A stretch of 29,139 nucleotides of DNA from Candidatus Nanoarchaeia archaeon. Its GTDB lineage: Archaea > Nanobdellota > Nanobdellia > SCGC-AAA011-G17 > UBA489. Made by a program: the position numbers and the translations under genes. The DNA lies in contig DATDXZ010000063.1 of NCBI GenBank assembly GCA_035289145.1, positions 1 through 29,139 on the forward strand, written 5' to 3'. Below are positions 18,405-27,034 of the stretch, in pieces. The notes below the pieces were generated by a model that had not been told where the DNA came from, did not search any database, and saw only the letters and a program-made list of their open reading frames with translations. Each line of letters opens with the position of its first letter. Within the stretch, counting starts at the first letter, position 1.

Positions 18405-18560
18405 CTAAAATACATTGATGGCAATCGCGATAACTATAATTACTGCGATAATAACCATGACTGTCATTGGAGACATCTTTATGCGACTGCCTGTTTCTTC
18501 GCTGTAGCGCATTAATCCTCCACCAGATGATGGTAATGAAATTCTGTTGTCTTGTGCCAT
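18405..18560 (-). CDS. secG: Preprotein translocase subunit Sec61-beta (archaeal SecG), not in the ORF track
   Basis: MAQDNRISLPSSGGGLMRYSEETGSRIKMSPMTVMVIIAVIIVIAIAINVF*: GGLMRY and SP+TM signature. Confidence 0.95.
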   Translation of the reverse strand: MAQDNRISLPSSGGGLMRYSEETGSRIKMSPMTVMVIIAVIIVIAIAINVF

Positions 18561-18571
18561 TGTGAATAGGA

Positions 18572-18980
18572 TATGTAGGGAGCGTTAAGCCGCCTTTTGT
18601 CTGTTCCCGAAACAAAAACATATGGTTTCTGTACTTCCCTTACGAGAAGCCGGACGAACAATGTCTCATTCGACTAAGCGTTTCTTACGAAACTTACACC
18701 AACCCTGTCTTGCTGTTTCATCGTTTCCGATGCGCACTTGTTCCGTCGGTTATCTCTGCATCCTCGCGGACACATTCAAACTTCGATGTTTTTTACGAAG
18801 CCAAGGCTTTGCATCCTTGCGACATCATGACTACGCAGCGGCCGTGTCATTTCTGTGCATAGACCTTCAGTTTCCTGAACTGCTGGTTAAAGCAGTGGTC
18901 TCCTGTCGTATACATAAAGTATACCGGTGGGCGGACTTTCCTCAGTTCTTGCGAACCGATAGAGACTCGCTTCCTACCTA
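18572..18980 (-). ncRNA. rnpB: RNase P RNA
   Basis: P4 halves GAGGAAAGTCC (18933-18943) and AAAAGGCGGCTTA (18586-18598); P1 GTAGGAAGCG/CGCTCCCTAC; P2 GTCTC/GAGAC; P3 GGTTC-GCAA-GAACT; ACAGAAA and TGAAAC conserved segments. Confidence 0.95.
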
Positions 18981-19000
18981 GTTATTTAGTACTTGGACGC

Positions 19001-19008
19001 TTTAAAAA
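19001..19008 (-). promoter_or_regulatory. TATA box of rnpB
   Basis: TTTTTAAA on the minus strand about 20 nt before the P1 5' end. Confidence 0.6.
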
Positions 19009-19117
19009 TCTTTCTTTACTCGCTCTAGTTTACCACCTTTAGTTTTGAACCTTTCTTTTGCAATCTTCTTTTTTTAGCACCTATATCTTTAAATAAATGG
19101 GATGTAGGAATTTTTGT

Positions 19118-20293
19118 ATGGCTCAACGACGACTCACGTCTAAAGATGTTCTGGGACAACCTATTGAACATGTGGACATAACAGCGTTTGATTCTCGCCC
19201 TCTTATTGACCAATATAGACGAGCACGAGGCTCAGCTGGAGACATTGCAGCAGCAGCAGATACTTACAACAAAATGCTTACAGACCCTGGATGCACTATT
19301 ATTCTTACTCTAGCAGGAAGCTCGAGCGCTCAAGGTCTTATGCATGTTTGGCCAATTTTAGTCAGGAATAATATGGTTGATGCTGTCATAACGACTGGCG
19401 CCTCTGCTATTGATATGGATCTTTTTGAAGCGCTAGGATTTCGCCATTATAGAGGAACAGGAATACCAGTCAGCGATAATCAATTGGGAAAGTTAGGCAT
19501 TGACCGCATTTATGACACTTTTATACAAGAGGATGAGCTGCAGCAAGTGGATGCGTTTTGCAAGCGTTTCTTAGACTCTCTTCCATCAGGAACCTATGCT
19601 CCTTGGCAACTCTTGAGCAAGCTTGGTGAAAGACTCTCTGAGAAAGAGTCAGCCGCAAAAAAAGAAGGGTCACTTCTTCAAAGATGTTATGAACATAATG
19701 TTCCTCTCTTTTCCATAGGTCTTACAGACTCAGCATTCGGCATGGGATCTCCATATCATCAAATTGAAAGACATTTACAAGCTGGAGCACAAGATAGACT
19801 TCAAGTAACTGTAGACACAACTCCTGAATATACAGACCTAGCAAAAATAAAACTTGCTTCACCTGCAACTGGACTCTTTATGATAGGCGGCGGACTTCCT
19901 AAAAATCATGCTCAAGACACAGTCATTGTTGCGCAAGGAATTCTTGCAGAATTGAGGAAATCAAGGAGCAATTTTTCTCTTCTCGACCGCATGGGATATG
20001 GTCTGCATGGACATAAAGATGAGGTTCCTTTACATAAGTATGCTATTCAGATTACTGTCGCAGATCCGCGAGACGGCGCCTGCTCCAGCTCAACTCTAAG
20101 CGAGGCGCGCTCCTGGGGAAAAGTCAGCTTAGAGGATCAAGTCATGGTCTTCGGAGAAGCAACAGGCATAACTCCATTAATCCTCTCAGCAGTATATCAT
20201 GAGGGTCTATGGCGCGACAGAAGCCCACGCGAGCATCTAACTTCCTTGGATAGTCTGCGAGGACCTGCAGATTTCATCCCTCTCTCCCGCTAG
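19118..20293 (+). CDS. Deoxyhypusine-synthase family protein, bacterial SpeY-like subtype
   Basis: LTLAGSSS, VDAVITTGAS-IDMDLFEALGFRHY, IDRIYDT, IGGGLPKN, HKYAIQITVADPRDGACSSSTLSEARSWGKV (catalytic Lys in SWGK). Start by TATA spacing (track start 19097). Confidence 0.92.
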   Translation: MAQRRLTSKDVLGQPIEHVDITAFDSRPLIDQYRRARGSAGDIAAAADTYNKMLTDPGCTIILTLAGSSSAQGLMHVWPILVRNNMVDAVITTGASAIDMDLFEALGFRHYRGTGIPVSDNQLGKLGIDRIYDTFIQEDELQQVDAFCKRFLDSLPSGTYAPWQLLSKLGERLSEKESAAKKEGSLLQRCYEHNVPLFSIGLTDSAFGMGSPYHQIERHLQAGAQDRLQVTVDTTPEYTDLAKIKLASPATGLFMIGGGLPKNHAQDTVIVAQGILAELRKSRSNFSLLDRMGYGLHGHKDEVPLHKYAIQITVADPRDGACSSSTLSEARSWGKVSLEDQVMVFGEATGITPLILSAVYHEGLWRDRSPREHLTSLDSLRGPADFIPLSR

Positions 20294-20412
20294 ACTAGAT
20301 CTAGAAAATAACATTTTGATTTCTTTTTGTCCTTACACTAGAGTTAATTTTACCCACCATCTTTAAATATTTATTCAACCCTCTTATTTTATCAATTTAT
20401 GGAGGAGAGATT

Positions 20413-20811
20413 ATGAATGCATTTTTAGGAAAAATCTTATTGACTTTTTTTGTTTTTATGCTTGCCTTTTCTATTTTTGGACAAACAACAACGACTGCAA
20501 TACAGGACCCGATCCGCACACTTGTTCCACCTCAAGCACCCATGTGTGAGAAAAGTGACAAGGGTTATTGCCAGGCTGTTTGTAATGTAGCTAGAAACTC
20601 TGATGGGACATCAAATCCTGCAGGATGTGTAACTGCGTTTACGCCAATGCAGCCTCAAGGAATTTTGTGCCGCTTGGATCAAACCACTATCTTAATTGGT
20701 TGTGATATGCCCAGCGCAGATTCATGCGTGAGCTCAAGTGGTCAACAAGGTGTTTGGTGCAGCTGTTATTACAGATGCCAAGATCTTCCATCACCACGAC
20801 AAGGTGAATAA
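20413..20811 (+). CDS. Secreted cysteine-rich protein (10 Cys)
   Basis: SD GGAGGAG; signal peptide; 8-Cys core shared with the next gene. Confidence 0.85.
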   Translation: MNAFLGKILLTFFVFMLAFSIFGQTTTTAIQDPIRTLVPPQAPMCEKSDKGYCQAVCNVARNSDGTSNPAGCVTAFTPMQPQGILCRLDQTTILIGCDMPSADSCVSSSGQQGVWCSCYYRCQDLPSPRQGE

Positions 20812-20813
20812 CT

Positions 20814-21146
20814 ATGCAACAATATTCTCTACTCTTTATTGTCGTGGTAACAATGATCAGTTTTTTTCTATTTGAATCTATTCAGGCGCATGCTGATACT
20901 CCAGCAGACAAAAAACAAGCTGTTTGCAATGTTTCACCTACTCCAGCAGGAGCTTATGAAGAAGAAGGCTGTAAAACTGCATTTAATGCGTTACCAGCAG
21001 GAACACTTTGCGCAGTAGGAGAAACTGCAAAAGTAGGCATTTGCACAGTCAACTCTGACGCCTGCACTAACAGCGCTTCTAGGACTGGAAAATGGTGCAC
21101 CTGCACTTACACCTGCGAGAAAAAAGCAGCTACTGCTCTAGAATAA
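20814..21146 (+). CDS. Secreted cysteine-rich protein (8 Cys), paralogue of 20413-20811
   Basis: SD GGTGA overlapping the upstream gene end; signal peptide ending AHA; QAVCNV...WCTCTYTC. Confidence 0.85.
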   Translation: MQQYSLLFIVVVTMISFFLFESIQAHADTPADKKQAVCNVSPTPAGAYEEEGCKTAFNALPAGTLCAVGETAKVGICTVNSDACTNSASRTGKWCTCTYTCEKKAATALE

Positions 21147-21180
21147 CTTTTTTTCTTTTTTATTCCTTCTTTTTCATTTC
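21147..21180 (+). terminator. Oligo-T terminator-like tract after the Cys-rich pair
   Basis: Two long T runs (21148-21161) directly after TAA 21146. Confidence 0.45.
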
Positions 21181-23268
21181 TATAGAAATTGTTTGATCTC
21201 TTCCTTTAGTTATTTCTCTTCTGTCAGAGGGAGTATATCCTGGAGCCTGCACCACCACTCTTAAAGGAAAGAAAGGATCTTGCAATGGAAAATATAGTAT
21301 TCCTTGCTGATCAAAACCATTCCTTATAGTTACTCTTTTTGGTCCTTCAGTTTCAATAAATGTCGCGCTATATACTGGAACTGGTTGTCTGCTCGCAGCA
21401 TCTGCCACTTGTACTGTTAGATATTTACTTTCTCTTAACATAATTCTTTGCTGTCCTGCACTTGCATCTAGATATCCTCTCTGCTCTTCAAGAACTCCTT
21501 CTCTGCTTTCATTTTTCCACCACGCAAAATAGTTTACTGGTCCATTTGGCGCCACAACAGCAAAATTTCCTCGATCATCTGTTCTTGTATATGTTTCCCA
21601 AGTACTATCTCTTTTAGTCAATCTCAAGTTGACGTCTTTAGCAGCTTCTCCATTGTACTGCAATACTCTACCTTCTAAAGAAATACCTTCTTCGAGCATA
21701 ATCTGCACAGGATTATCAGTTGGAACATTTATCTCTTGTCTTGTTTGCATACTTCTTTCTGCGTCTCTTCCAGGGAATGCAGTGATCATATATCTTCCTG
21801 GCGCTATGTCTGGAACTATGAACGAACCATCCGGGGTTGTTTCTATACTATACCTTTGCCAAAAAGGCGCATTGGAGACATTGTTACTTCCCAGCAGATT
21901 CATTAATGAGATTTCTAATAATGATCGCGCTGGATTATTGTTTCTATCCACTACTCTTCCTTCTATTTTGTCGATTGTTTTTACTATCCTCAGAGTAATT
22001 TTATTCTGTGTATTTTCTTCCCCAATATTCTCAAGCACTATCGCTTCCAAAACTGGCTGCATATATCCTTTTTTTACAGCAACAGGAACATAGAATTGCA
22101 GCCCTGGCTCCCAGAGCGGAGGGCGATTTGGATCAATGCCTTTTATCTCAAACTCTCCTTTATTATTGGTCATTCCTGGAGCTAAGCCTCCAAAAGGAGA
22201 CAAACCTAAAGGTTCCAGAAGATAGACTTCAGCACCAGCGATATGTTTACTCTCTTGATCGATGACTTTTCCTCTCAATGCTGCTCCTTGTTTAAGCCAT
22301 ATTATTAATTTTTCTTCAGCGTCTAATTCTGCGCTATTTATTTCTTTTCTGATGTAACCTTCCGCATTCGCTTCAATGCTATATTTTGTTGGTGTCAGCC
22401 ATCCTTGCCATATGCCATTCTGATCTGTAGTTACTTTTTCAGCAAATATTTTTTGATCGATGTTGGGCAATGTTAATGTTACTACAGCTCCAGCAATTCC
22501 AGACTTTTCTCCTGTGTCTCTTGCTTGTATCTGACCAAATACTGCCTGTGGAGCACTGTATGTTCGCTCTACATCTTTGTCAAATACTGGAATCTGATCT
22601 TGAATAACTGCTCTGTTTATTGTTGCGATAAAAGCGTTGTAGATCGTTCCTTCTGGAACATCTTCGAACACTGCTTCATTCCCCTGCACTAATCCTTCCA
22701 GCGTTTTCTGGCCGGTCGTCTGTAGCACTGCTCTTCTAATATTGTCATTTACCTTTAATCTTACATCTGGACTATCGTTGAAAGCAATGAGAATATTGTC
22801 GCTTGGCGCATGCGTCACTTCTCTTCTTTTCTCTTTTCCATAAGGCGTAGTAAACCGCGCTTCAATATCATACGAAGTCAATGCAGGCACTCTTATTGAG
22901 AATCTACCTTGCTGATCTGTTTCTGTTCTCCAGGCTTTCTGCGTGTTTCCCACAATACTTGCTACTCTCGCTTCAATATCGACGTTGCTTAGCGGTTTTT
23001 GCTCTTGTATTACTTGTCCATTTAATATGAATCTCTCATATTTTTCTCTGAGATCTTCCTGTGCCTTTGGTTCTTCACTAACTCTTATCCTGGTTGTTCC
23101 ATTTTCTTCTTCTTGCTGGGCTTCTGTTGTTATTTGTTGCGTTCTTTGCGGATCACTCGATGGCTGATTTATATATGGAGGAGATTCTTCTCTAGTATGC
23201 ATCAGTGCAGCAGCTCCTAAAAGTGTCACACCTGCCAGAGATAGGATCCATTTGTTGGTATTACGCAT
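21160..23268 (-). CDS. Membrane-anchored surface protein with 6-7 carboxypeptidase-regulatory-like (Cna-B-type) repeats
   Basis: N-terminal TM; repeated [LI]xG[RK]V[VI]D...P...A.V....T.TD..G.F units (e.g. LRGKVIDQ..MTNNKGEFEI; IEGRVVDR..TTPDGSF; LEGRVLQ..TRTDDRGNF). Confidence 0.85.
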   Translation of the reverse strand: MRNTNKWILSLAGVTLLGAAALMHTREESPPYINQPSSDPQRTQQITTEAQQEEENGTTRIRVSEEPKAQEDLREKYERFILNGQVIQEQKPLSNVDIEARVASIVGNTQKAWRTETDQQGRFSIRVPALTSYDIEARFTTPYGKEKRREVTHAPSDNILIAFNDSPDVRLKVNDNIRRAVLQTTGQKTLEGLVQGNEAVFEDVPEGTIYNAFIATINRAVIQDQIPVFDKDVERTYSAPQAVFGQIQARDTGEKSGIAGAVVTLTLPNIDQKIFAEKVTTDQNGIWQGWLTPTKYSIEANAEGYIRKEINSAELDAEEKLIIWLKQGAALRGKVIDQESKHIAGAEVYLLEPLGLSPFGGLAPGMTNNKGEFEIKGIDPNRPPLWEPGLQFYVPVAVKKGYMQPVLEAIVLENIGEENTQNKITLRIVKTIDKIEGRVVDRNNNPARSLLEISLMNLLGSNNVSNAPFWQRYSIETTPDGSFIVPDIAPGRYMITAFPGRDAERSMQTRQEINVPTDNPVQIMLEEGISLEGRVLQYNGEAAKDVNLRLTKRDSTWETYTRTDDRGNFAVVAPNGPVNYFAWWKNESREGVLEEQRGYLDASAGQQRIMLRESKYLTVQVADAASRQPVPVYSATFIETEGPKRVTIRNGFDQQGILYFPLQDPFFPLRVVVQAPGYTPSDRREITKGRDQTISIEMKKKE

Positions 23269-23367
23269 TTATTTTTCTAAGCAGTTTCTCTTAATAAATG
23301 TTATTATTCAGTAATAGTATCAATAGCTCTCAAAAAGCTTTAAAGACTACCTGCTTCTCTTTCCTTC

Positions 23368-23727
23368 ATGCAAACTTTGTTTATTCTTCTCATTTTTATC
23401 TCCTTAGCTCTTTTTCTCTTCTATTTTTTCCGCTACCAGAAGCTTTACCAGCAATATCATAGTTTAGAGTTTACTTATCGCAGCTCGAATGTCAAACATG
23501 GACAACATTGGGAACAATTTGTGCCTTTCATGGAGGACTTTAACAAGGTAGCGCAACGGGAGAATTTTGTTTTCATTGGCATGCCTATTGATGGGATCAG
23601 CTTTGACGATGATGGGATTAAGTTTATAGAGATCAAGACTGGGAAAAGCCAGCTGAACCAGAAACAAAAACAAGTCAAAAAATTGATAGAAGGGAAACAA
23701 GTTGAGTGGATAGAACTGCGATTTTAA
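23368..23727 (+). CDS. Membrane-anchored Holliday-junction-resolvase-like PD-(D/E)xK nuclease (Endonuc_Holl-like)
   Basis: N-terminal TM; GQHWEQFVPF, FIGMPIDGISF, FIEIKTGKSQL. Confidence 0.88.
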   Translation: MQTLFILLIFISLALFLFYFFRYQKLYQQYHSLEFTYRSSNVKHGQHWEQFVPFMEDFNKVAQRENFVFIGMPIDGISFDDDGIKFIEIKTGKSQLNQKQKQVKKLIEGKQVEWIELRF

Positions 23728-23742
23728 GGCAAGGAACTTATT

Positions 23743-25044
23743 TTAAGCACTAATCAACCATTTCCATATAGGCGTTATATATATCTTTTTCTTATTTATA
23801 GTTCTTATTTCTTCTTGATCCTCTGTTAGTATTGTTCCTTCATTGAGCTTATAGGCATCAAGCGCCTCTAGTAAACCTCTTACTTCTCTTTCTTCATTTT
23901 CTTCACTGAGCTTTGCAGTTACTTGTATAACAGATTCTACTTTATTCTTTGCTACTATTATGAAATCACACTCATATTTTCCCCTATGATAATAGACTTG
24001 CTTGTTTTTTCTTCTTAGCTCTAAAAATACAGCATTTTCCAAAAGTTTTCCAGTATCTTCAGAGAATTTGAAGCTTATAGAGTTGAGCAACCCATTGTCT
24101 ATGCAGTATACTTTTTTTATAGAACCAATCTGCTTTGCTACCGCATATTCATATTTCATATTCTGGAAGAACAGATAAGCGTCTTCAAAATAGGCTATAT
24201 GCTCTATTATTGTGCTTTTGCTGGTCTTAAATCCAATGAACAGGAGTTTGTTTGCTAGTTTAGTATAAGACATTTCACTAGATACTGACTGAAATAACAA
24301 TTGCGCGAGAGATTTTAGTTTTTTTACATCTTCAATGTTATGTCTTTCTACTATATCTTTGAGGATCATAGAATCATAATATCCCTGTAGAATTGTTTCC
24401 TTGGGAATACTTTTATTTATTAGTATGGCAGGATATCCTCCATCTACCAGATATTTAGAAAATACTTTTTTTACAGCTATTTTTTCTTTGCTGTAAGCTA
24501 TTGTTTTTAGATTATAGGACACTTTATTCCATAGAAGCATTTCCTTAAAACTTAAAGGCATTATTTCCCTATTTATCATACGCCCTCTTAATTTGGTAGA
24601 TATTTCTCTGCTTAATAATTTTGAACTGGAACCAGTCACGATGAGTTGTATATCTTTTCTGGTATCATATATCTTCCTAACCCACGCATCCCAATTCTCG
24701 ACTGTCTGTATCTCATCTAAGAAAAAATACATCTTCTGCTTTTTGCTAATTTCAGACAACTCTAGAAAATATTCAAGAATCTTCTCTAAATCATCAGCAC
24801 TTGCACCAAGAAGCCTATTGTCTTCAAAATTGATATAGAACATATTTTCTCTAGGAACTCCCTGCCCCAGAAGTTTCTGCATAAGCTGGAAACAAAAATA
24901 AGTCTTTCCTGCTCTTCGAGGACCAGTAATGGTCACAATAAAGTCTATATTCAGGTCTATATCGTTCAATCTAGGCAAATGATCTGGAATTTGAAATTCC
25001 TTCCAATTAACAACTATTTGTTTATAGTACATGTTTTTTTCCAT
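23743..25044 (-). CDS. AAA_14 + DUF4143 ATP-binding protein
   Basis: GPRRAGKT, FFLDEIQ, TGSSSKLL, GGYP, KKVYCIDNG, ECDFII. Confidence 0.92.
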   Translation of the reverse strand: MEKNMYYKQIVVNWKEFQIPDHLPRLNDIDLNIDFIVTITGPRRAGKTYFCFQLMQKLLGQGVPRENMFYINFEDNRLLGASADDLEKILEYFLELSEISKKQKMYFFLDEIQTVENWDAWVRKIYDTRKDIQLIVTGSSSKLLSREISTKLRGRMINREIMPLSFKEMLLWNKVSYNLKTIAYSKEKIAVKKVFSKYLVDGGYPAILINKSIPKETILQGYYDSMILKDIVERHNIEDVKKLKSLAQLLFQSVSSEMSYTKLANKLLFIGFKTSKSTIIEHIAYFEDAYLFFQNMKYEYAVAKQIGSIKKVYCIDNGLLNSISFKFSEDTGKLLENAVFLELRRKNKQVYYHRGKYECDFIIVAKNKVESVIQVTAKLSEENEEREVRGLLEALDAYKLNEGTILTEDQEEIRTINKKKIYITPIWKWLISA

Positions 25045-25196
25045 CGAACAAATTGTATCATATTTGTATTATATAAAATACAATTCCTATATAAGCTTTT
25101 CTCTTTCTTCTTGCTGTTATTTTTTGACAGTTTCTAAATGACAATATCTCTCCTTGCTGACATCCTTTTAGTTGTCGAAGCTCAGATACTTAAAAT

Positions 25197-25274
25197 CAAC
25201 TGAATCAGAAACAAAAACAAGTGAAAGACCATGTCCAGAACAGAAATATTGAGTGGATTGAGCTTAGATTTTAA
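25197..25274 (+). repeat. Diverged second copy of the resolvase-like gene 3' end
   Basis: QLNQKQKQVKDHVQNRNIEWIELRF* versus QLNQKQKQVKKLIEGKQVEWIELRF* (23650-23727): 17/25 aa, 55/78 nt; in-frame TAA just upstream. Confidence 0.92.
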
Positions 25275-25318
25275 CAAAAAATAAAAACGCTTTTATATGA
25301 TAAGTGTTTTTTGCGTCT

Positions 25319-26152
25319 ATGGAAGACATAGCGACGTTTGTTGAACCCTCTACTCTGGAGTTTTTTACAAATCTACGAGCTACCAAGCTCATGTATATCA
25401 CCCAAAGAAAAACTGATAATGACATTTCAACAGAAGATCGTTACTTGCAGATTGAGGTCAACATCTTTGTCAGATCTGACATAGGTTATGATCGAGAACA
25501 ATTCCCTACAGAAATCAAAAAAATGCCTCATGGCTCATTACGCACTTTAAAAGAGCTTTTATCTCAAGGCATTGCCAAGAAACTTATTGACAAAGGCGAT
25601 AAAGTCTTGTGCGTAGTTGATGAAAGTTTAGGGATAGGCTACAAAGGCGTGAGCTTTGTCTTTGACATTGATCATGTCCTGGTAAATATCTCTCGTCATC
25701 GTCTTTCTGACAATATTCAACCAGAAATTCTTGAAGCTGTTATTGACATCGCAACAGAGATTGCTACTGAGGGACGAGAAGGCAAAAAGATTGGCACTGC
25801 TTTTATTATTGGCAACAAGGCTGATATCCTGAAGTATGTGAAACAGCTGGTTTTAAACCCTTTCTTAGGCCATATGGAAAGCAAAATCAAGATTTCTGAT
25901 CCCACTATACGTGAAACTGTCAAAGAGTTTGCTCAATTAGATGGAGTCTATATTCTTGATACTGACGGCAGCATTATCACTAGCTGTGCGTATTTAGACG
26001 TCCCGACCGATGGCATTGAACTTCCAGGACTGGGCACGAAGCACTTGAACTGCGCAGCCATTACCAAACATACTGACAGTGTAGCTGTTGTGGTCTCTTC
26101 TACGGGCACTATTCGTGTTTTCAAAGACGCCAAGATTGTTATGAAGATTTGA
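25319..26152 (+). CDS. Diadenylate cyclase (DisA_N/DAC domain), archaeal DacZ-like with N-terminal extension
   Basis: EGREGKKIGTAFIIG, KEFAQLDGVYI, GLGTKH, VVVSSTGTIRVF; start ATG 25319 by TATA spacing. Confidence 0.88.
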   Translation: MEDIATFVEPSTLEFFTNLRATKLMYITQRKTDNDISTEDRYLQIEVNIFVRSDIGYDREQFPTEIKKMPHGSLRTLKELLSQGIAKKLIDKGDKVLCVVDESLGIGYKGVSFVFDIDHVLVNISRHRLSDNIQPEILEAVIDIATEIATEGREGKKIGTAFIIGNKADILKYVKQLVLNPFLGHMESKIKISDPTIRETVKEFAQLDGVYILDTDGSIITSCAYLDVPTDGIELPGLGTKHLNCAAITKHTDSVAVVVSSTGTIRVFKDAKIVMKI

Positions 26153-26212
26153 TGTTACTCTGTAGTAGCTACAAATAGGAAGATTTATATAGTGGTTTAA
26201 CCTCTATTTTCT

Positions 26213-27001
26213 ATGGGTAAAATAAAAAGATCTAGGGTAGAAAAATCAACTTCAGATAGTTATGCTCTTAGCTCTCAGCAGATTACTTTTTCACAATTAT
26301 ATACGAAGGCTAGAGAGGAAATTCCGCTTCATTTAGTAAATACAACTGCGTTAAACGCGGTTGCAACTCCTCCTTATGCGGCTCTTGAAGTTGGTCTTGC
26401 TAAAATGACTGATGATATCTCATTGGGGTCTAGATTAACTGCTGCTGGATTAGGTTACGCAGGAATTGCATGGCTTTACTCAAAAGGTAGAGACTTATCA
26501 AAAAGAGTTTTACAGATAACTGATAAATCTAAAGAACGCATACAAGCTGTTCACGATGCTATTTATACAGCAGCTTTTAACGGTGTAGCTTGTTTCCCCC
26601 TTTATTTATGGATGGGTGCTGATTCAAAACAGGCAGCTATTGGATCACTTATTGGTGCAGCAGTATCTGTACCTCTTGGACCAGTACTAGGGTACGCAGT
26701 AGATGCTGCAGGAGAGTTAACTGGCATTAGACCGAATCATAGGATATCTCATTCTTTTGACAGTCTTGCTGAAACGTTGGAAAATCGTAATAGATTAAAA
26801 CCTACGCTTCATTATTTAGCTAACAAATCAAGACGTGTTGGAGAATTTGTGTCAGAATTAAGACCTCGTTCTAAGAAAACCTTAGCTGCTTTATTGTTAA
26901 CAGGTTCAATTGCAGCTACTGCTGGAGTCTATGCTTTAACATCTGATGAAAGTGATACTTCAATTTCAACTCCGCAAACTATTGAGATTCAAAATAAGTA
27001 A
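26213..27001 (+). CDS. AlaE-like (L-alanine exporter family) membrane protein
   Basis: Pattern NTTAL...EVGLAKM...SLGSRL...Y..GRD and GPVLGYAVD recalls AlaE; from memory, not searched. Confidence 0.55.
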   Translation: MGKIKRSRVEKSTSDSYALSSQQITFSQLYTKAREEIPLHLVNTTALNAVATPPYAALEVGLAKMTDDISLGSRLTAAGLGYAGIAWLYSKGRDLSKRVLQITDKSKERIQAVHDAIYTAAFNGVACFPLYLWMGADSKQAAIGSLIGAAVSVPLGPVLGYAVDAAGELTGIRPNHRISHSFDSLAETLENRNRLKPTLHYLANKSRRVGEFVSELRPRSKKTLAALLLTGSIAATAGVYALTSDESDTSISTPQTIEIQNK

Positions 27002-27034
27002 TAACTATTCTATAAACTTCCTTAAGAGAAGACT

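Noticed and set aside
18364-18981. Track ORFs 18622-18981 (+) and 18364-18621 (-)
   Set aside because: They overlie the RNase P RNA and the secG frame; shadow ORFs.
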